Source: an uncultured cyanobacterium
GTDB taxonomy: Bacteria > Cyanobacteriota > Cyanobacteriia > Cyanobacteriales > CAWCAG01
Direction of reading: 5' to 3'
NCBI GenBank assembly: GCA_963793425.1
Contig: CAWCAG010000005.1
Location: forward strand, 1,376,001 to 1,440,000
DNA length: 64,000 bases
Shown here: piece by piece, positions 21,402 to 34,200 of the stretch
How positions within the stretch are numbered: position 1 is the first letter of the stretch
Layout of the letters: every line of letters begins with the position of its first letter
Notes under the pieces: generated by a model
What the model was told of the DNA's origin: nothing
The model's database searches: none
Seen by the model: only the letters and a program-made list of their open reading frames with translations
Position numbers and translations under genes: made by a program

Positions 21402-21774
21402 AGTTTAGATTAGATCATCATAATAAAATAATGATTGTTTTACCGCTAAACTACTAGCAAATAGTGATCGCTATATAGATAAAAGTGTTAAGGCAAGAGA
21501 CTTAATTGACTTAGCTATTCTCAGACTTCAATCACCCATTCCTGACTCAGCAATCAACAAAGCCGAGAATGCCTACGAAGTAATACGTCCTTTAAAAAAT
21601 GCTCTACAAAGTTTTCAAGAAAAACCAGATTTTCGAGAAGGTTGCTTTGCTAGTTTGCAAATTGAGGATTCACAAGTTCCAAAAATTGTTGATGGTATTG
21701 ATCTTTTGGCTGGGGATTTTAATTTGCCTAGTACCGAAAGAAGTTTTAAGGAACAGCGTGAAATATGGGAATGA
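21398..21774 (+). pseudogene. AbiEii/AbiGii-like nucleotidyltransferase toxin with the catalytic region deleted
   Basis: MKFRLDHHNKI joined out of frame to DCFTAKLLANSDRY...RDLIDL...IWE*; GGT and DxD motifs absent. Confidence 0.65.
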
Positions 21775-21778
21775 AAAA

Positions 21779-21805
21779 TAGGGACGTTTACTAAAACGTC
21801 CCTAC
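21779..21805. terminator. REP-like hairpin, probable bidirectional terminator
   Basis: TAGGGACGTTT-ACTA-AAACGTCCCTA(C) between convergent genes. Confidence 0.7.
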
Positions 21806-21825
21806 AAAAGTAATATTTACTTAAA

Positions 21826-24800
21826 TTAATCAATCCCTTCAATCCTATCTTCTACTTCTTGGTACAACTCCCGCAAACGGTCTAAATTAGTTTCACTGGT
21901 TTCCCAATAACCTCGCCCATTAACTTCTAATAAAGTAGAAACCACCTTACGGAAAGAATTAGGATTGAGGTTCATCAAACGCTTACACATCTCCTCATCT
22001 TCAATAAAGGTAGTATTCACATCTTCATAAACCCAATTATCCACCGCATCGGCTGTGGCTGACCAACCCATAGTATTGACCAAACGCTTCGATAACTCCC
22101 GGACACCTTCATAACCGTGGTTTAACATCCCTTCATACCATTTCGGATTGAGGAGTTTGGTGCGGGCATCTAAACGGACTGTTTCTGATAAAGTGCGGAC
22201 TTGGGCATTGGCTGTGGTAGTGTCGGCGATGTAGGCTTTGGGGGCTTTACCATCTTTACGTAAACTTGCTACCACTTTGGTAGGGTCAGAATCAAAATAA
22301 TGGGAAACATCCGTTAAACTAATCTCCGAAGAATCCAGGTTTTGGAAAGTTACATCAGCCGTTTTTAAAGCCGTTTCAAAAATGGTGCGGTTATCATCCA
22401 TAACCCCAGGATTATCAGAATTAAAGGAGAAGGATTTGCGCTTCACGTACATCTCCTGTAACTCCTTCTCCTCTTCCCAAGTACTGTTTTCCACCGCCAG
22501 GTTAATATTGGAAGAATAGGAACCGGAAGCATTGGAGAAGACACGGGTAGCAGCTTGGCGGAGGTTAATGCCCATTTCCTTAGCTTGTTCGGTGGCGTGT
22601 TTGCGGACAAAGTTCATTTCCAGGGGTTCATCGGCTTCGGCGGCCATTTTTACCCCTTGATCTAAAAGGTTCATTTGGTTAATAAACAGATCCCGGAATA
22701 CTCCTGAACAATTAATTACCACATCAATACGGGGACGACCTAATTCTTCTAAAGGAATTAGTTCCAACTTATTCACCCTTCCCAAAGCATCGGCAACGGG
22801 TGTCACCCCAATCATCCACATAATCTGTGCCAAGGATTCGCCGTAGGTTTTGATGTTATCTGTACCCCAGAGGACGCAGGCAATGGTTTCAGGCCACTGA
22901 CCATTATTATCTGCTTTTTGCCGTGCTAACAAGCGGTCTACCACTACCTTGGCTGATTGTACAGCGGCACTAGTGGGGATAGATTGGGGGTCGAGGGCAT
23001 GAATATTTTTACCTGTGGGTAAAACATCAGGGTTACGGATAGGATCGCCTCCCGGTCCAGGTAGGACATATTCCCCAGCTAAGGCTTTTAGTAAGCCACC
23101 CAATTCATTATCAGCACAAACCTGTTCTAAGCAAAACTCCAAATATTCAAATAAAGATTTTAGTTCTTCTGCTTTAATTTTGCTGAAACCTTTTTCTTGC
23201 AATGCTTCTAACCAAGGTTCTTTTTTACCCATGTTAAAGAAGTTGAGTTTTGCTACTTGGGAAACCCTTCCTTCAGCATCTATTTGGGTTTGTACCAAAG
23301 CTGTCACCGCCGCGCGAGTAGCTAAGGTGATTTCTTGCAATAACTCTACATCTTCTAAAATCCCTTGGTCATTGCGGCGATAAATTTCATCTAAATCGCG
23401 ATTAATACTCTGGGCAATAATCCGAGGTAAACCAACAATTTTTTCTTCCTCACGATCTAAGCTAGCAATGTTAACCAAAGTGGCGATCGCTTCTTCGGCA
23501 CTAGGAGGTTTACCAACCACGTGTAAACCACAAGGTAGCAACCGAGATTCAATTTCCATTAAGCGGCGGTAAACGTTGCCAATAATGGTATCCCTCTCTT
23601 CACTACTTAAATCCTTTGCATCGACTTCGGGTAAATCAATGTCTTTATCTAGATTCACCAACCGACACTTATCGACAATGGTATTAACAATAGGAACACC
23701 ACGGCCAGTATCTTTAAGGGTTTGGTAGGAACCAATTAAATCACCAAGTTCCTTTAACCCTTTATACAACCCGGCATTCTCCGCCGGAGGTGTAAGGTAA
23801 GAAATTGTTTCAGCATAACTACGTCGCTTAGCAATTGTTGCTTCAGAAGGGTTGTTGGCTGCGTAGTAATAAATGTTGGGAATTGAACCAATTAAGTTAT
23901 CAGGATAACATTCCCCAGACATCCCCATTTGCTTTCCAGGCATGAATTCCAAAGAACCATGAGTACCAAAATGCAACACTGCATCTGCTTGCCATATCTG
24001 TTCTAAGTAGGTGTAGTAAGCCGCAAAACCGTGGTGAGGAGAAGCAGAACGAGAAAACAACAGACGCATGGGATCACCTTCATAACCAAAGGTTGGTTGT
24101 ACCCCAATGAAAACGTTACCAAATTGTTTGCCGTAAATCAATAAATTCTGTCCATCACTATTAAGATTTCCTGGTGCAGGACCCCAATTCTCCTCTAACC
24201 TTTGGTAATAGGGGGTTAAGCGTTCGTATTGAGGAACAGACATCCGGTAAGCAATATTTAATTCCGGGCTATTATATTGCGCCTGGGCATCATGAATTAC
24301 CTCTTGCATCAACTCTTCAGCAGATTCTGGTACATCCTTCAAGTCATAGCCATTTTGCTGTAAAGCTTTCATGACTTCGTAAATGGAACCAAAAACATCC
24401 AAATAAGCGGCGGTTCCTACATTGCCTTTATCTGGTGGGAAACTAAAGACGGTAATGGCAACTTTTTTGTCTAACTTCGGCTTACAACGTAAGTTTGCCC
24501 ATTTCAAAGCTCTTTGGGCGATCGCTTCGATGCGATCTTGTAGGGTAATTGCTTTTCCGGTTACGGCATCTCGACCAGAAAGAATAATTGGTTCAATAGC
24601 GCCATCAAGTTCGGGAATAGCTATTTGCAGCGCAACCTGCACCGGATGCAAACCTAATTCGCTTTTTTCCCATTCTTCGGTGGTTTGGAAAACTAAAGGC
24701 AAAGCCACCATGTAAGGACGGTTCAACTTTTTCAGGGCATCAATAGCTTTGGGATGATCCTGTCTGGCTGGTCCCCCCACTAAAGCGAACCCTGTTAAGG

Positions 24801-25812
24801 AAACTACCACATCTATCAAAGGACGGTTATTAGCTTTCCTACCACTCCAAAAATAAGCTTCTACCGGTTTAGAAAAGTCTAATCCCCCCGCAAATACCGG
24901 AATTACCCTCGCTCCCATAGCTTCAAATTCCTGTACCATGGCTACATAGTGGGCATCATCTCCAGTAACGAGGTGAGTTCTTTGCAAAACTAAACCAATA
25001 CAAGGAGCAAGAGGATCTTTTAAGTTTTGGGGTATTTCTGTACGGCTATCATACCATTGCAAATATTCTTGTACATCCTCAAACATCTTGCTACTAAGGG
25101 GATGCCAGATACCCATATCGGGATAAACAACAGGTTCGTTGTAGGTAACTAACTGATTCTGCTCATCTTCATTTAAAACATATTTATCCGTCAACATAAG
25201 CAGGAAGTTCTCTAAATTATCTGCTGAACCTCCTAACCAATATTGGAAGCTCAACATGAAGTTACGGGCATCCTGAGCCTTATCCATAGGCATATACTTG
25301 AGAACTTTTGGTAAAGTCCGCAGCATCTTCAACATCCCATCTTGGAAAGAAGCCCCCGACTTCTCTTTGCGCTTACGCATAAACTGAGCGATCGCACTTT
25401 TACTTTGTCCTAATTGAGCCATAGAAAAGCTGCCCAATTTATTCAGGCGCATTACTTGGGGCATAGAAGGAAAAACAATTGCTGCATCTAAGCGATCTCG
25501 ATGGGGTTGTACTGCCGTAATTACTTTCTCGGCTAAATCTTCGATAAAAATTAATGAGCCAATAAAAATATTCGCTTCGGCAATATCTCTTTGGAATTCT
25601 TCATAGTTTTCCTGGCTACGTAATTCTTCAATCAAATAACCGCTAATTTCTATAGCAACTTTCGGGTTATTTTTGTTAATGGAGCGAACAGCTTGAGAGA
25701 TAGTACTTTGATACTGAGGCTCTAGGACGACATAGACCACTTTTACTCTTTCACGCCCATTAATCGTTTCCGGGGCTATGTGTCGAATGGTGGACTTGAC
25801 GTTAGTGAACAT
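21826..25812 (-). CDS. chlH: Magnesium chelatase subunit H
   Basis: 1328 aa; MFTNVK start, [35 protein letters not shown] end. Confidence 0.98.
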   Translation of the reverse strand: MFTNVKSTIRHIAPETINGRERVKVVYVVLEPQYQSTISQAVRSINKNNPKVAIEISGYLIEELRSQENYEEFQRDIAEANIFIGSLIFIEDLAEKVITAVQPHRDRLDAAIVFPSMPQVMRLNKLGSFSMAQLGQSKSAIAQFMRKRKEKSGASFQDGMLKMLRTLPKVLKYMPMDKAQDARNFMLSFQYWLGGSADNLENFLLMLTDKYVLNEDEQNQLVTYNEPVVYPDMGIWHPLSSKMFEDVQEYLQWYDSRTEIPQNLKDPLAPCIGLVLQRTHLVTGDDAHYVAMVQEFEAMGARVIPVFAGGLDFSKPVEAYFWSGRKANNRPLIDVVVSLTGFALVGGPARQDHPKAIDALKKLNRPYMVALPLVFQTTEEWEKSELGLHPVQVALQIAIPELDGAIEPIILSGRDAVTGKAITLQDRIEAIAQRALKWANLRCKPKLDKKVAITVFSFPPDKGNVGTAAYLDVFGSIYEVMKALQQNGYDLKDVPESAEELMQEVIHDAQAQYNSPELNIAYRMSVPQYERLTPYYQRLEENWGPAPGNLNSDGQNLLIYGKQFGNVFIGVQPTFGYEGDPMRLLFSRSASPHHGFAAYYTYLEQIWQADAVLHFGTHGSLEFMPGKQMGMSGECYPDNLIGSIPNIYYYAANNPSEATIAKRRSYAETISYLTPPAENAGLYKGLKELGDLIGSYQTLKDTGRGVPIVNTIVDKCRLVNLDKDIDLPEVDAKDLSSEERDTIIGNVYRRLMEIESRLLPCGLHVVGKPPSAEEAIATLVNIASLDREEEKIVGLPRIIAQSINRDLDEIYRRNDQGILEDVELLQEITLATRAAVTALVQTQIDAEGRVSQVAKLNFFNMGKKEPWLEALQEKGFSKIKAEELKSLFEYLEFCLEQVCADNELGGLLKALAGEYVLPGPGGDPIRNPDVLPTGKNIHALDPQSIPTSAAVQSAKVVVDRLLARQKADNNGQWPETIACVLWGTDNIKTYGESLAQIMWMIGVTPVADALGRVNKLELIPLEELGRPRIDVVINCSGVFRDLFINQMNLLDQGVKMAAEADEPLEMNFVRKHATEQAKEMGINLRQAATRVFSNASGSYSSNINLAVENSTWEEEKELQEMYVKRKSFSFNSDNPGVMDDNRTIFETALKTADVTFQNLDSSEISLTDVSHYFDSDPTKVVASLRKDGKAPKAYIADTTTANAQVRTLSETVRLDARTKLLNPKWYEGMLNHGYEGVRELSKRLVNTMGWSATADAVDNWVYEDVNTTFIEDEEMCKRLMNLNPNSFRKVVSTLLEVNGRGYWETSETNLDRLRELYQEVEDRIEGID

Positions 25813-26168
25813 TCAGCTTAGGCTCCTTAAAATAATTGGCAGGTTTTCAAAAAAGATCAGGCAACAGCCTTGGGAAAAGAATAATGTAAAATTCTTCTAC
25901 ACTATTTCGATTAACACGTTTTTTAGAGTTTTATTGCCAAATATATTCAATAGTTTGGCATCTCTAACTTAAATATTTCTCTATCAAACACTTATGGTCA
26001 TAGCAAGTTTTTATCAGAAAAAGCTTACTCTATGTTGGGTTTGCTCTTCATTCGATACAATTCGATAACAAAAAGTTTATATTTATTTACAAATAGTGAT
26101 GTGATTACTATAGTAATTATTTGCAAAAATACATATAAAAGTTATTGACAAAAGATATATTTATATGT

Positions 26169-27432
26169 ATGGAGAATTCAACTTCAGTAACTAAAGATAT
26201 TCTTATCCTCTCTAACGGTCCAGGGGAAATATCAACTTGGGTAAGGGCTGTAGTCAAAGCCCTCAGAAAAAGATTCCCAACTCAGCAAGCTAGAATTTCA
26301 GTAATTTTATCTCCTTGTCCCAATGGCACGGGCAAAGAAGCAGCAATTGCCCGTAGTTACCCAGAAGTAGATAGGGTACAAGGAGCAGAAGATTTTTGGG
26401 CTTTTTTATTGTGGGGCAAGACAAAAGAAAACTGGCAATGGTGGAATCGCGGTGTAGTTTTGTTTTTAGGGGGGGATCAAGTTTTTCCCTGTAGTTATTG
26501 GCAAGCGTCTTGGTTATAAAACCATTGTTTATGCCGAATGGGAAGCTCGTTGGTATCGTTGGGTTGACTACTTTGTAGCGATGAAGCCGCAAGTCATGGC
26601 TGAGATACCTAAACCATACCGTCACAAATGTCAGATTGTCGGGGATTTAATGGCCGATGTGGAAAGGCAAAATAGTTCTGGAAGAGAAACAGAACTAATC
26701 GGCTTATTACCAGGCTCAAAGTCCGCTAAACTTGCTCAAGGAGTTCCCTTGGCACTCTCCATTGCTGAATACGTAAAATCTCAACGCCCTCAAACTCGCT
26801 TCATGATTCCTGTGGCCCCTACCCTTGATTTAAAAAGTTTAGGGAAATACGCCAACCTCGATGACAACCCTGTCATAAAAAAATTAGGTAACGTAACCGC
26901 AGAATTAGTCATACCAGAAAAAGTTGGGCAAACGCCCTATTTAATGACCACTGGTGGCGTAAAAATAGACTTAATCACTCAATTTCCTGCCCACGAACAG
27001 TTATCCAACTGTCGCTTCTGCTTAACCACTGTGGGGGCAAACACAGCCGAATTAGCTTCTTTAGCTATACCAATGATTGTGCTTATTCCTACTAACCAAT
27101 TAGAAGCAATGCGTGCCTGGGATGGCTTACCAGGAATTTTAGCTAACTTACCGATAGTAGGGACTCCATTTGCAAAAACTATTAATTGGCTGGTTTGGCA
27201 ATGGTTCCAGAAGCATAAAACCCTATATGCCTGGCCGAATATTTGGGCAAGACAAGAAATTGTTCCAGAATTAGTAGGGAAGCTCAAACCTGAATATATA
27301 GCTAAGTACTGCTTAAATTGGTTAAAAAATCCTGAGCAACTTCAAAAAGTGCGAGAACAATTAACCCAAATAAGAGGTCAAAGTGGGGCAGCACAAAAAA
27401 TTGCTAAATTAGCTGGAGAAATATTGAATTGA
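26169..27432 (+). pseudogene. LpxB-related GT-B protein split by an extra base at about 26479-26490, or a sequencing error
   Basis: ILILSNGPGE...GGDQ continues in another frame as FFPVVIGKRLGYKTIVYAEWEARW...LLPGSK...TTVGANTAEL...AWPN. Confidence 0.75.
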
Positions 27433-27804
27433 ACAATTTGCCTGTACAAAGAGGCCAAGGCTGAAAAGTAATGGTGAAAGACCCTATAATATTAAGAGTG
27501 TGGATTCTTTGGTAATACTACTAACTACGAACATAAAAAATTATCCTTAGTTTGTAAGTAATAAGCCCAATAAACTCAGAAAATGTTGCTAAACATACAA
27601 AAAAAAGATTCCCTCATACTAAATATATAAGTTGACAATCTCACGAATATAAACAAAGATACGATTAATAATTTCCAGAAATTCTCTACTCTGAGGCCCT
27701 GGCATATTTACAAAGAACGAAATATTTTAGTTGCAGGTCATTAAAATATCTATTTAAGTAAAGTGAAATATTTCTATTGAAGGTAATGAAGGTGGGTAGG
27801 CTTG

Positions 27805-29226
27805 ATGAATTTTGAACAAAATTACAAACAGTGTATAAATAAGCTGATCTGGGCTACCAAAGAACTCAGGGTGGAAATCGAGCCAACCCAACTTTCTAGA
27901 ATAGCTGAGCTAATAGTTCAAACAATGACTGGCCCTTGGCGCTATTTCCATAGTACTGAACATATTTTTGAAGTTGGTGGTGGAGAGAAACCCATTGAAG
28001 TACTAGCGGCATTGTTTCATGATGTCGTCTACGTTCAAGTAGACCAAAGTGTCAATTTCAACCTTTCTTATTACATTACCCCTTTTGTTAAACAATCAAG
28101 GGATAGCCTGGTAATTAGACCCCAAAGTGAGCTGCCCGAAGACTTCATTTTTGAGCTGGTATTATCAACATTTGGTTTCTCTTCTGGGCAAATCCTTTCT
28201 CCTTATCAAGGGGAAAATGAATTCCTGAGCGCTTTAGTAGGGGCCAAAGTTTTAGAACCTTTTTTAAAACCTAGCCAAATCCTGCAAATGATCGCTTGTG
28301 TTGAAGCGACTATTCCCTTCCAATCTAGAGATGAAGCAGGTTTAACCTCTAGCGATCGCCTTTATCTTCGCTTGCAAAATACCAACAAAAAGTTAGATAT
28401 TGGCATGGGGGAAGCAGAGTTAAGGGAAACAGTAAAAAGCTCTGTAACATTATCCAACCGAGATGTAGGCAGTTTTGCTTATCCTAGCTCAGCCAAATTT
28501 CTAGACTGTACTTGGAGTTTATTGCCTGAAACCAACCATAGTTTAGAAAATGCCAACTCTTACACGGCGAACCAATATAGAGTCGCCTTACAAAAAATGG
28601 CAGGTTTCATGAATTTTCTGAAACCGGAAGTGGTGTTTAAAAGGTTTAAAGGACAACCTGATGAACAAACCTATAATCGCATGGTTGATATGGCCAAGCG
28701 CAATATTGAAATAGCAAAACTCTATCTTGGTAGTAAACTCTTCACTATTGCGATTATTGAAGCACTCTCTTTGCGGATCGGTCAGGGCATTGCTTTATCA
28801 ATCATGGTGGGGGAGTTACCAACTTTCGGGTTCTCAGGATGTCGCTTAGTTAACTTTATTCCTAATGTCCCTAATGCCTATCCCCCCAAAACAGACATAG
28901 AACTAGAAGTTCTGCATCTACTAGAAGTAGGAAGAATCAAAAGTTCTTCCTATGATATCAAAAACTCTCCCCTAGCAACCTTTGCTGTCAAATCTATTGG
29001 CTTTGATGGCATTCGTCAGATGATGGATATTGTGCAAGAATTTTTTCAAGGAAATGTTAATTCGGAAGATTTTCTTTCCCGGTGCAACCCTAATGTTACG
29101 GAAACTATTATAGAAGGGATTCTTCAACTTCTTGATACACGTAAGGCTCTACTTTGTATGCCCAAAAATACTAATATTAACTCTTCTGTATCTGAAGCTA
29201 GTCAATCTAGAATTTTATCCCAGTAG
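27805..29226 (+). CDS. HD-superfamily metal-dependent phosphohydrolase-like protein
   Basis: RYFHSTEH, ALFHDVVY, NEFLSA, EATIP, NRDV. Confidence 0.65.
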   Translation: MNFEQNYKQCINKLIWATKELRVEIEPTQLSRIAELIVQTMTGPWRYFHSTEHIFEVGGGEKPIEVLAALFHDVVYVQVDQSVNFNLSYYITPFVKQSRDSLVIRPQSELPEDFIFELVLSTFGFSSGQILSPYQGENEFLSALVGAKVLEPFLKPSQILQMIACVEATIPFQSRDEAGLTSSDRLYLRLQNTNKKLDIGMGEAELRETVKSSVTLSNRDVGSFAYPSSAKFLDCTWSLLPETNHSLENANSYTANQYRVALQKMAGFMNFLKPEVVFKRFKGQPDEQTYNRMVDMAKRNIEIAKLYLGSKLFTIAIIEALSLRIGQGIALSIMVGELPTFGFSGCRLVNFIPNVPNAYPPKTDIELEVLHLLEVGRIKSSSYDIKNSPLATFAVKSIGFDGIRQMMDIVQEFFQGNVNSEDFLSRCNPNVTETIIEGILQLLDTRKALLCMPKNTNINSSVSEASQSRILSQ

Positions 29227-29343
29227 TCAACAATTGTTAGCTCATTTTCCGTCTACCTCTTTCAAAGGCAACTTGATTATATATAGTTAGGATCTAACTT
29301 TGATTAGTACAATCATTTTTAAGCAATTCAAAGGGTAGACTTG

Positions 29344-30711
29344 ATGAGCTTTGAGTTAAATCACCAAAAATGCTTAGAAAAGCTAACCTGGGCTACTGAG
29401 ACAGCTTCAGGTTCAAGTTGAGTTGACACAACTTATAAAGGTTACTGAGCTAATAGTCCAAACAATGACAGGCTCTTGGAGATATTATCATAATACTGAA
29501 CATATTCTCAAGGTAGGGGGGACAGATAATCCTATTGAAGTATTAGCTGCTCTTTTCCACGATATTGTTTATGTCCAAATAGACCGCAGCTTTCACTTTA
29601 ATTTTACCTACTATCTTGCTCCTTTTATCAAGCAAGGTCGAACACAGCTAATTATCCGTGATCACGAAGAATTACCCCAAGATATTATCTTCGAGATGGT
29701 AATAGCTATATTTGGCTACAATCCTGGAGAAATTCTTTCTCCTCGCAAAGGGCAAAACGAATTTCTCAGCGCTTTGGTAGCAGGGAAAGTTCTTGAATCT
29801 TTCCTAACTCTAGCTCAAATACTCCAAGTTGTTGTTTGTATTGAAGCAACTATTCCTTTTCGTTGTAAATCCTCTCAAGGTTTAACCCCTAGCGAGAAAC
29901 TTTATGAGGTTCTTAAATACACAAATAGTAAGTTTGAAATTGGCTTAACAGAACAAGAAATTATTTTAACAATAAAAAGTTCAGTTAAATTAGCTAACCG
30001 AGATATTCTTAGTTTTGCTAGTCCCCGTGCTGCTACTTTTTTAGATGAGACTTGGAATTTATTAGCAGAAACCCATCCTAGTTTCAAAAATATCAATTCT
30101 TACACAGTAAAAGAGTATCGAGTTGCTTTGCAAAAAACAGCTAAGGCTATGTATAAGATTGAACCAAGCTGTATATTTAGACAATTTCAAGGACAACCAG
30201 AGCCGCAAGATTATCAAATTTTGCTAGAAACAGCGAGAAAAAATCTCAGAGTTGCCCGTCTTTACTTAACCAGCAAGCTGTTTACAATTGCTATTATAGA
30301 AGCCCTTTCTACACGTATTGGCAAAGGTATAAGCTTAGCTGTGATGGTCGGAGAATTACCTGGGGCGGGGCAGATATTAGCCGTTTAGCTAACTTTATTC
30401 CTATCCTTAAAAATAACTATATTTGCAATAATGATATTGAACTTGAGGTCTTAAACTTATTGCAAGAAGGTAGGATTAGGAATTCTTTTTACGACATAAA
30501 AGATTCTCCTTTAACTACTTTTATTGTTAAATCTATCGGTTTTGATAGTATCAAAGGAAATGTTGAGTTGATGAATAAGTTTTTTCAGAGAAAAATAGCT
30601 TCTGAAGATTTCTTGACTAGCTGTAATACTAACGTGACAGAAGCTATTACTCAAGGTATCGTGCAGCTTACAGATGTTCGTCAAGAATTATTGTTGAAAC
30701 GTTTACAATAA
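29344..30711 (+). pseudogene. Tandem paralogue of the upstream HD protein, frameshifted at about 29400 and 30365
   Basis: Three frames align end to end with the upstream protein: MSFELNHQKC; YYHNTEH..LFHD; RLANFIP..DIELEVL..YDIKDSPL. Confidence 0.8.
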
Positions 30712-31212
30712 CTAGATACAAATAGTCAATACTTGCATTTTGGTTAAAGATAAAGCTTCAGACTATAATTGAGATTGAGAGAACTTCAAAATATAGCTGT
30801 TAGTTAAATGTATCAACTCAAAAATTAAAGGGGTGTTTGACTGCTGCTACTCAAAAAAGCCAGACTGACTAACCTACTGGCAAAATCGCAAACATCTACC
30901 AATAAGTACTGGAGTTAGTAAGTCTGCTCAATTAATTTGGAATATCGTAAATTCACTGCTCTATGAAGATACTTAACACTTTAACAAGTATTAATACTGG
31001 ATAGTTTTAGTTTTGATGATATTCTATTAATCATAGCAGGGTGAAAATTCGGATGGTCATTACCAGGTCTTACAGAGAAATTCACATAATATTGTGAGCA
31101 AGAAATCCTGAAATCTAGATAGTAAGGCTGTATTTGTATTGGGTGCATCACGGCCGAAAGTTCGACGTGTCAAGAATGCAAAGACAACCATACAAGCAAA
31201 GTCAGAGTAAGA

Positions 31213-34200
31213 ATGTTGACTATTGGCGGTTACCTAATCAAAGAGCAACTGTTTGAAAGCGCCCATTCTAAAATTTATCGTGGCTATCGGGAAATTGATC
31301 AGCAATCTGTAGTAGTAAAAATGCTTAAAGATGCTTATCCTTCCCCGGAGCGAATCGCTTGGTTTCAAAGGGAATACGAACTCCTCCAATCCCTCAATCT
31401 TATTGGGGTAGCGGAGGCTTACGAGTTAGTCACCTACCAATCTACATGGGCCATGATTTTAGAGGATTTTGGAGGTGAATCCCTAGAAAAATTAGAATTG
31501 GCTGGAGCATTAAGTATCCCTGAATTTTTGCCCTTAGCTATTAAAATTACCGGAATTTTGGGGCAAATTCACGGTTGTTCTGTTATCCATAAAGATATTA
31601 ACCCTTCTAATATTGTACTTAACCCTCAAAGCGGAGAGGTTAAAATCATTGACTTTGGCATTGCGACTTTACTATCGCGAGAGAATCCTACTTTCCGCAA
31701 TCCTAATGTCTTAGAAGGTACTGTTGCTTACATTTCCCCAGAGCAAACAGGGCGTATGAATCGCTCTATGGATTATCGTAGCGATTTTTATTCTTTAGGG
31801 GTAACTTTCTACAAATTATTGACAGGGAGAGTACCTTTCGTTACTGATGAAGCTATTGAATTAGTTCATGCCCACATAGCTAAGCAGCCTCCCCCTTTGC
31901 AGCAGGATAGCGAGACTGGGCAAGAAGAAATTCCCCAGGTAATTGTAGATATTGTCATGAAGTTGATGGCTAAAAATGCTGAGGAGCGGTATCAATCTGC
32001 CTATGGTTTGAAAGCAGATTTGGACAAATGTTTACAGCAATTGAAAAAAAAGGGCGAGATTGAAGTTTTTCCCCTTGCTCAACGAGATATTTCTGATAAA
32101 TTTCAAATTCCTCAAAAGTTATATGGCAGAGAGGCAGAAATAGATGCCTTATTGGCAGCTTTTGAGCGTACAAGCAAAGGTATTCCCCCGAATCATCTTT
32201 CTACCGGAGGAGTAGAAATGATTCTGGTTGCTGGTTATTCTGGAGTTGGTAAATCGGTTTTAGTTAATGAGATTCACAAACCTATTACCGCCAAAAGAGG
32301 TATTTTTATTGCGGGAAAGTATGAACAATATCAAGGAAATATCCCTTATTTTGCTATTTCCCAAGCTTTTAATGAATTTTGTAATCAACTATTAAGTGAA
32401 AGTCCAGAAACTTTAAAAATTTGGCGAGAAAAAATTCTGACAGCAGTAGGAAACAACGGTCAGGTTTTAATTGAAGTAATTCCTGAATTAGCTTTGGTGA
32501 TTGGACAGCAGCCTCCCTTAGCTCAAGTTAGCCCTCAAGAAGCACAAAACCGTTTCCATCTTGTCTTCCAAAACTTTGTTAAAGCGATTAGCCAAGCAGA
32601 AAATCCCCTTGTTTTGTTCTTAGATGATTTGCAATGGGTAGATACAGCTTCTTTAAAATTGTTGAAGCTCTTAATGAGTGATAAGAGCTATCGCTATCTT
32701 TTAATTGTGGGAGCCTACCGAGTTAATGAAGTAGATGCTACTCACCCTCTTAAAATTGCTTTAGATTCAATTGAAGCTGAAAGTGGCGTTATTTCCTCGA
32801 TTCACTTAAAAAACCTGACTAAAACTGATGTTAATACTTTGTTAACAGAAGCTTTGAATTGTGAGCCGGATTATAGCCAGTCTTTAGCTGATTTAGTTTA
32901 TAAGAAAACTCAAGGTAATGCTTTTTTTACTAAGGAATTTTTAAAGTCTCTTTACGAGTCTGGCTTATTAACATTTGAATTTCCTAGTATTTCTTTACTG
33001 GTGACAGGACAAAGTAAAGGTGGCTGGCAATGGAATGTCAGTCAAATTCAAGCTGAGAATATTACTGATAATGTCGTGGAGTTAATGGCGGACAAAATTT
33101 GCCATTTAGATACGGAAACTCAAACTGTATTACAGTTAGCTGCCTGTATTGGTAATAGCTTTAATCTCTCTTTATTAACCCAGCTTTATCAAAAGCAGTA
33201 TCAAGTTAAAACAGCTACTTCTCAGTCAATACTATCTGATCTCTGGCAGGCTTTGCAAGAAGGTTTAGTTGTTCCTTTAAATGAGCAGTATAAGTTAATT
33301 AATACCGAATTGTCTGGAGCAAGCAAAGAAGAGAAAATCAATTTTAATCAATTTAAAAGAGCAATCTTTAAGTTCCAACACGACCGTGTTCAACAAGCAG
33401 CTTATGCCTTAATTTCTCCTCAGAAAAGACAACAGAAAATCCATGTCCAGATTGCTGATTTACTGTTAGAAAATACTCAGCCAGAAGAGCTAGAGGAGAG
33501 CATTTTTGATATTGTTAATCAATACAATGAAGGATTGAGCTTAATCGAAGTAGAAAAAGCCATGGAGCTAGCCAGACTGAATTTAAAGGCTGGTAAAAAG
33601 GCTAAGGTGGCTACAGCTTATGAACCGGCGGTTAAATATCTAAATATTGGTCTAGATTTATTAAGTGAGCAGAGTTGGCAAACTGAATACGATTTAACTT
33701 TTGCTTTGCATATAGAAGCAATAGAAGCTGAATACTTAAATACCAACTTTGAGCAAGCCAAATTTCTTACTGATATTGTTTTAAGTAATGCTAATACTGT
33801 ATTAGATAAAGTCAAAGTTTACGAAAATCAAATCCTCTTTTATATTACTCAAAATGAACAGCAAACTGCTATTCATATTGGCTTACGAGTACTGGAGATG
33901 TTGGAGGTTTCTCTTTACGATTCTCCTCCCCCAAACTTGGATATTAACAAGTTAGCTAGCTTGCCAGAAATGGCTGATCCAGATAAGTTGGCAGCTATGC
34001 GAATCTTGATGACTATTGCGGTTCCTGCTTACATTGCTAATCCGACAATGTTACCGCAAATTTTGTTTACGATGATTGATTTATGCGTCAATTATGGTAA
34101 CTCGCCTTCAGCACCTGTAGCCTATGCTTTTTATGGTTCCTTGCTTTGTACCATGTTCTCAGATATAGAGACAGGTTATCAATTTGGGCATTTAGCTTTA

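Noticed and set aside
23015..24715. Antisense ORFs within chlH (and similar ones in rodA, cimA, uvrB, ispE and the PBP gene)
   Set aside because: Shadow frames of conserved genes with no motifs of their own.
30712..31212. Possible riboswitch or ncRNA upstream of the kinase-cyclase
   Set aside because: Only weak inverted repeats; I could not match a known consensus. An Rfam/Infernal scan would be needed.
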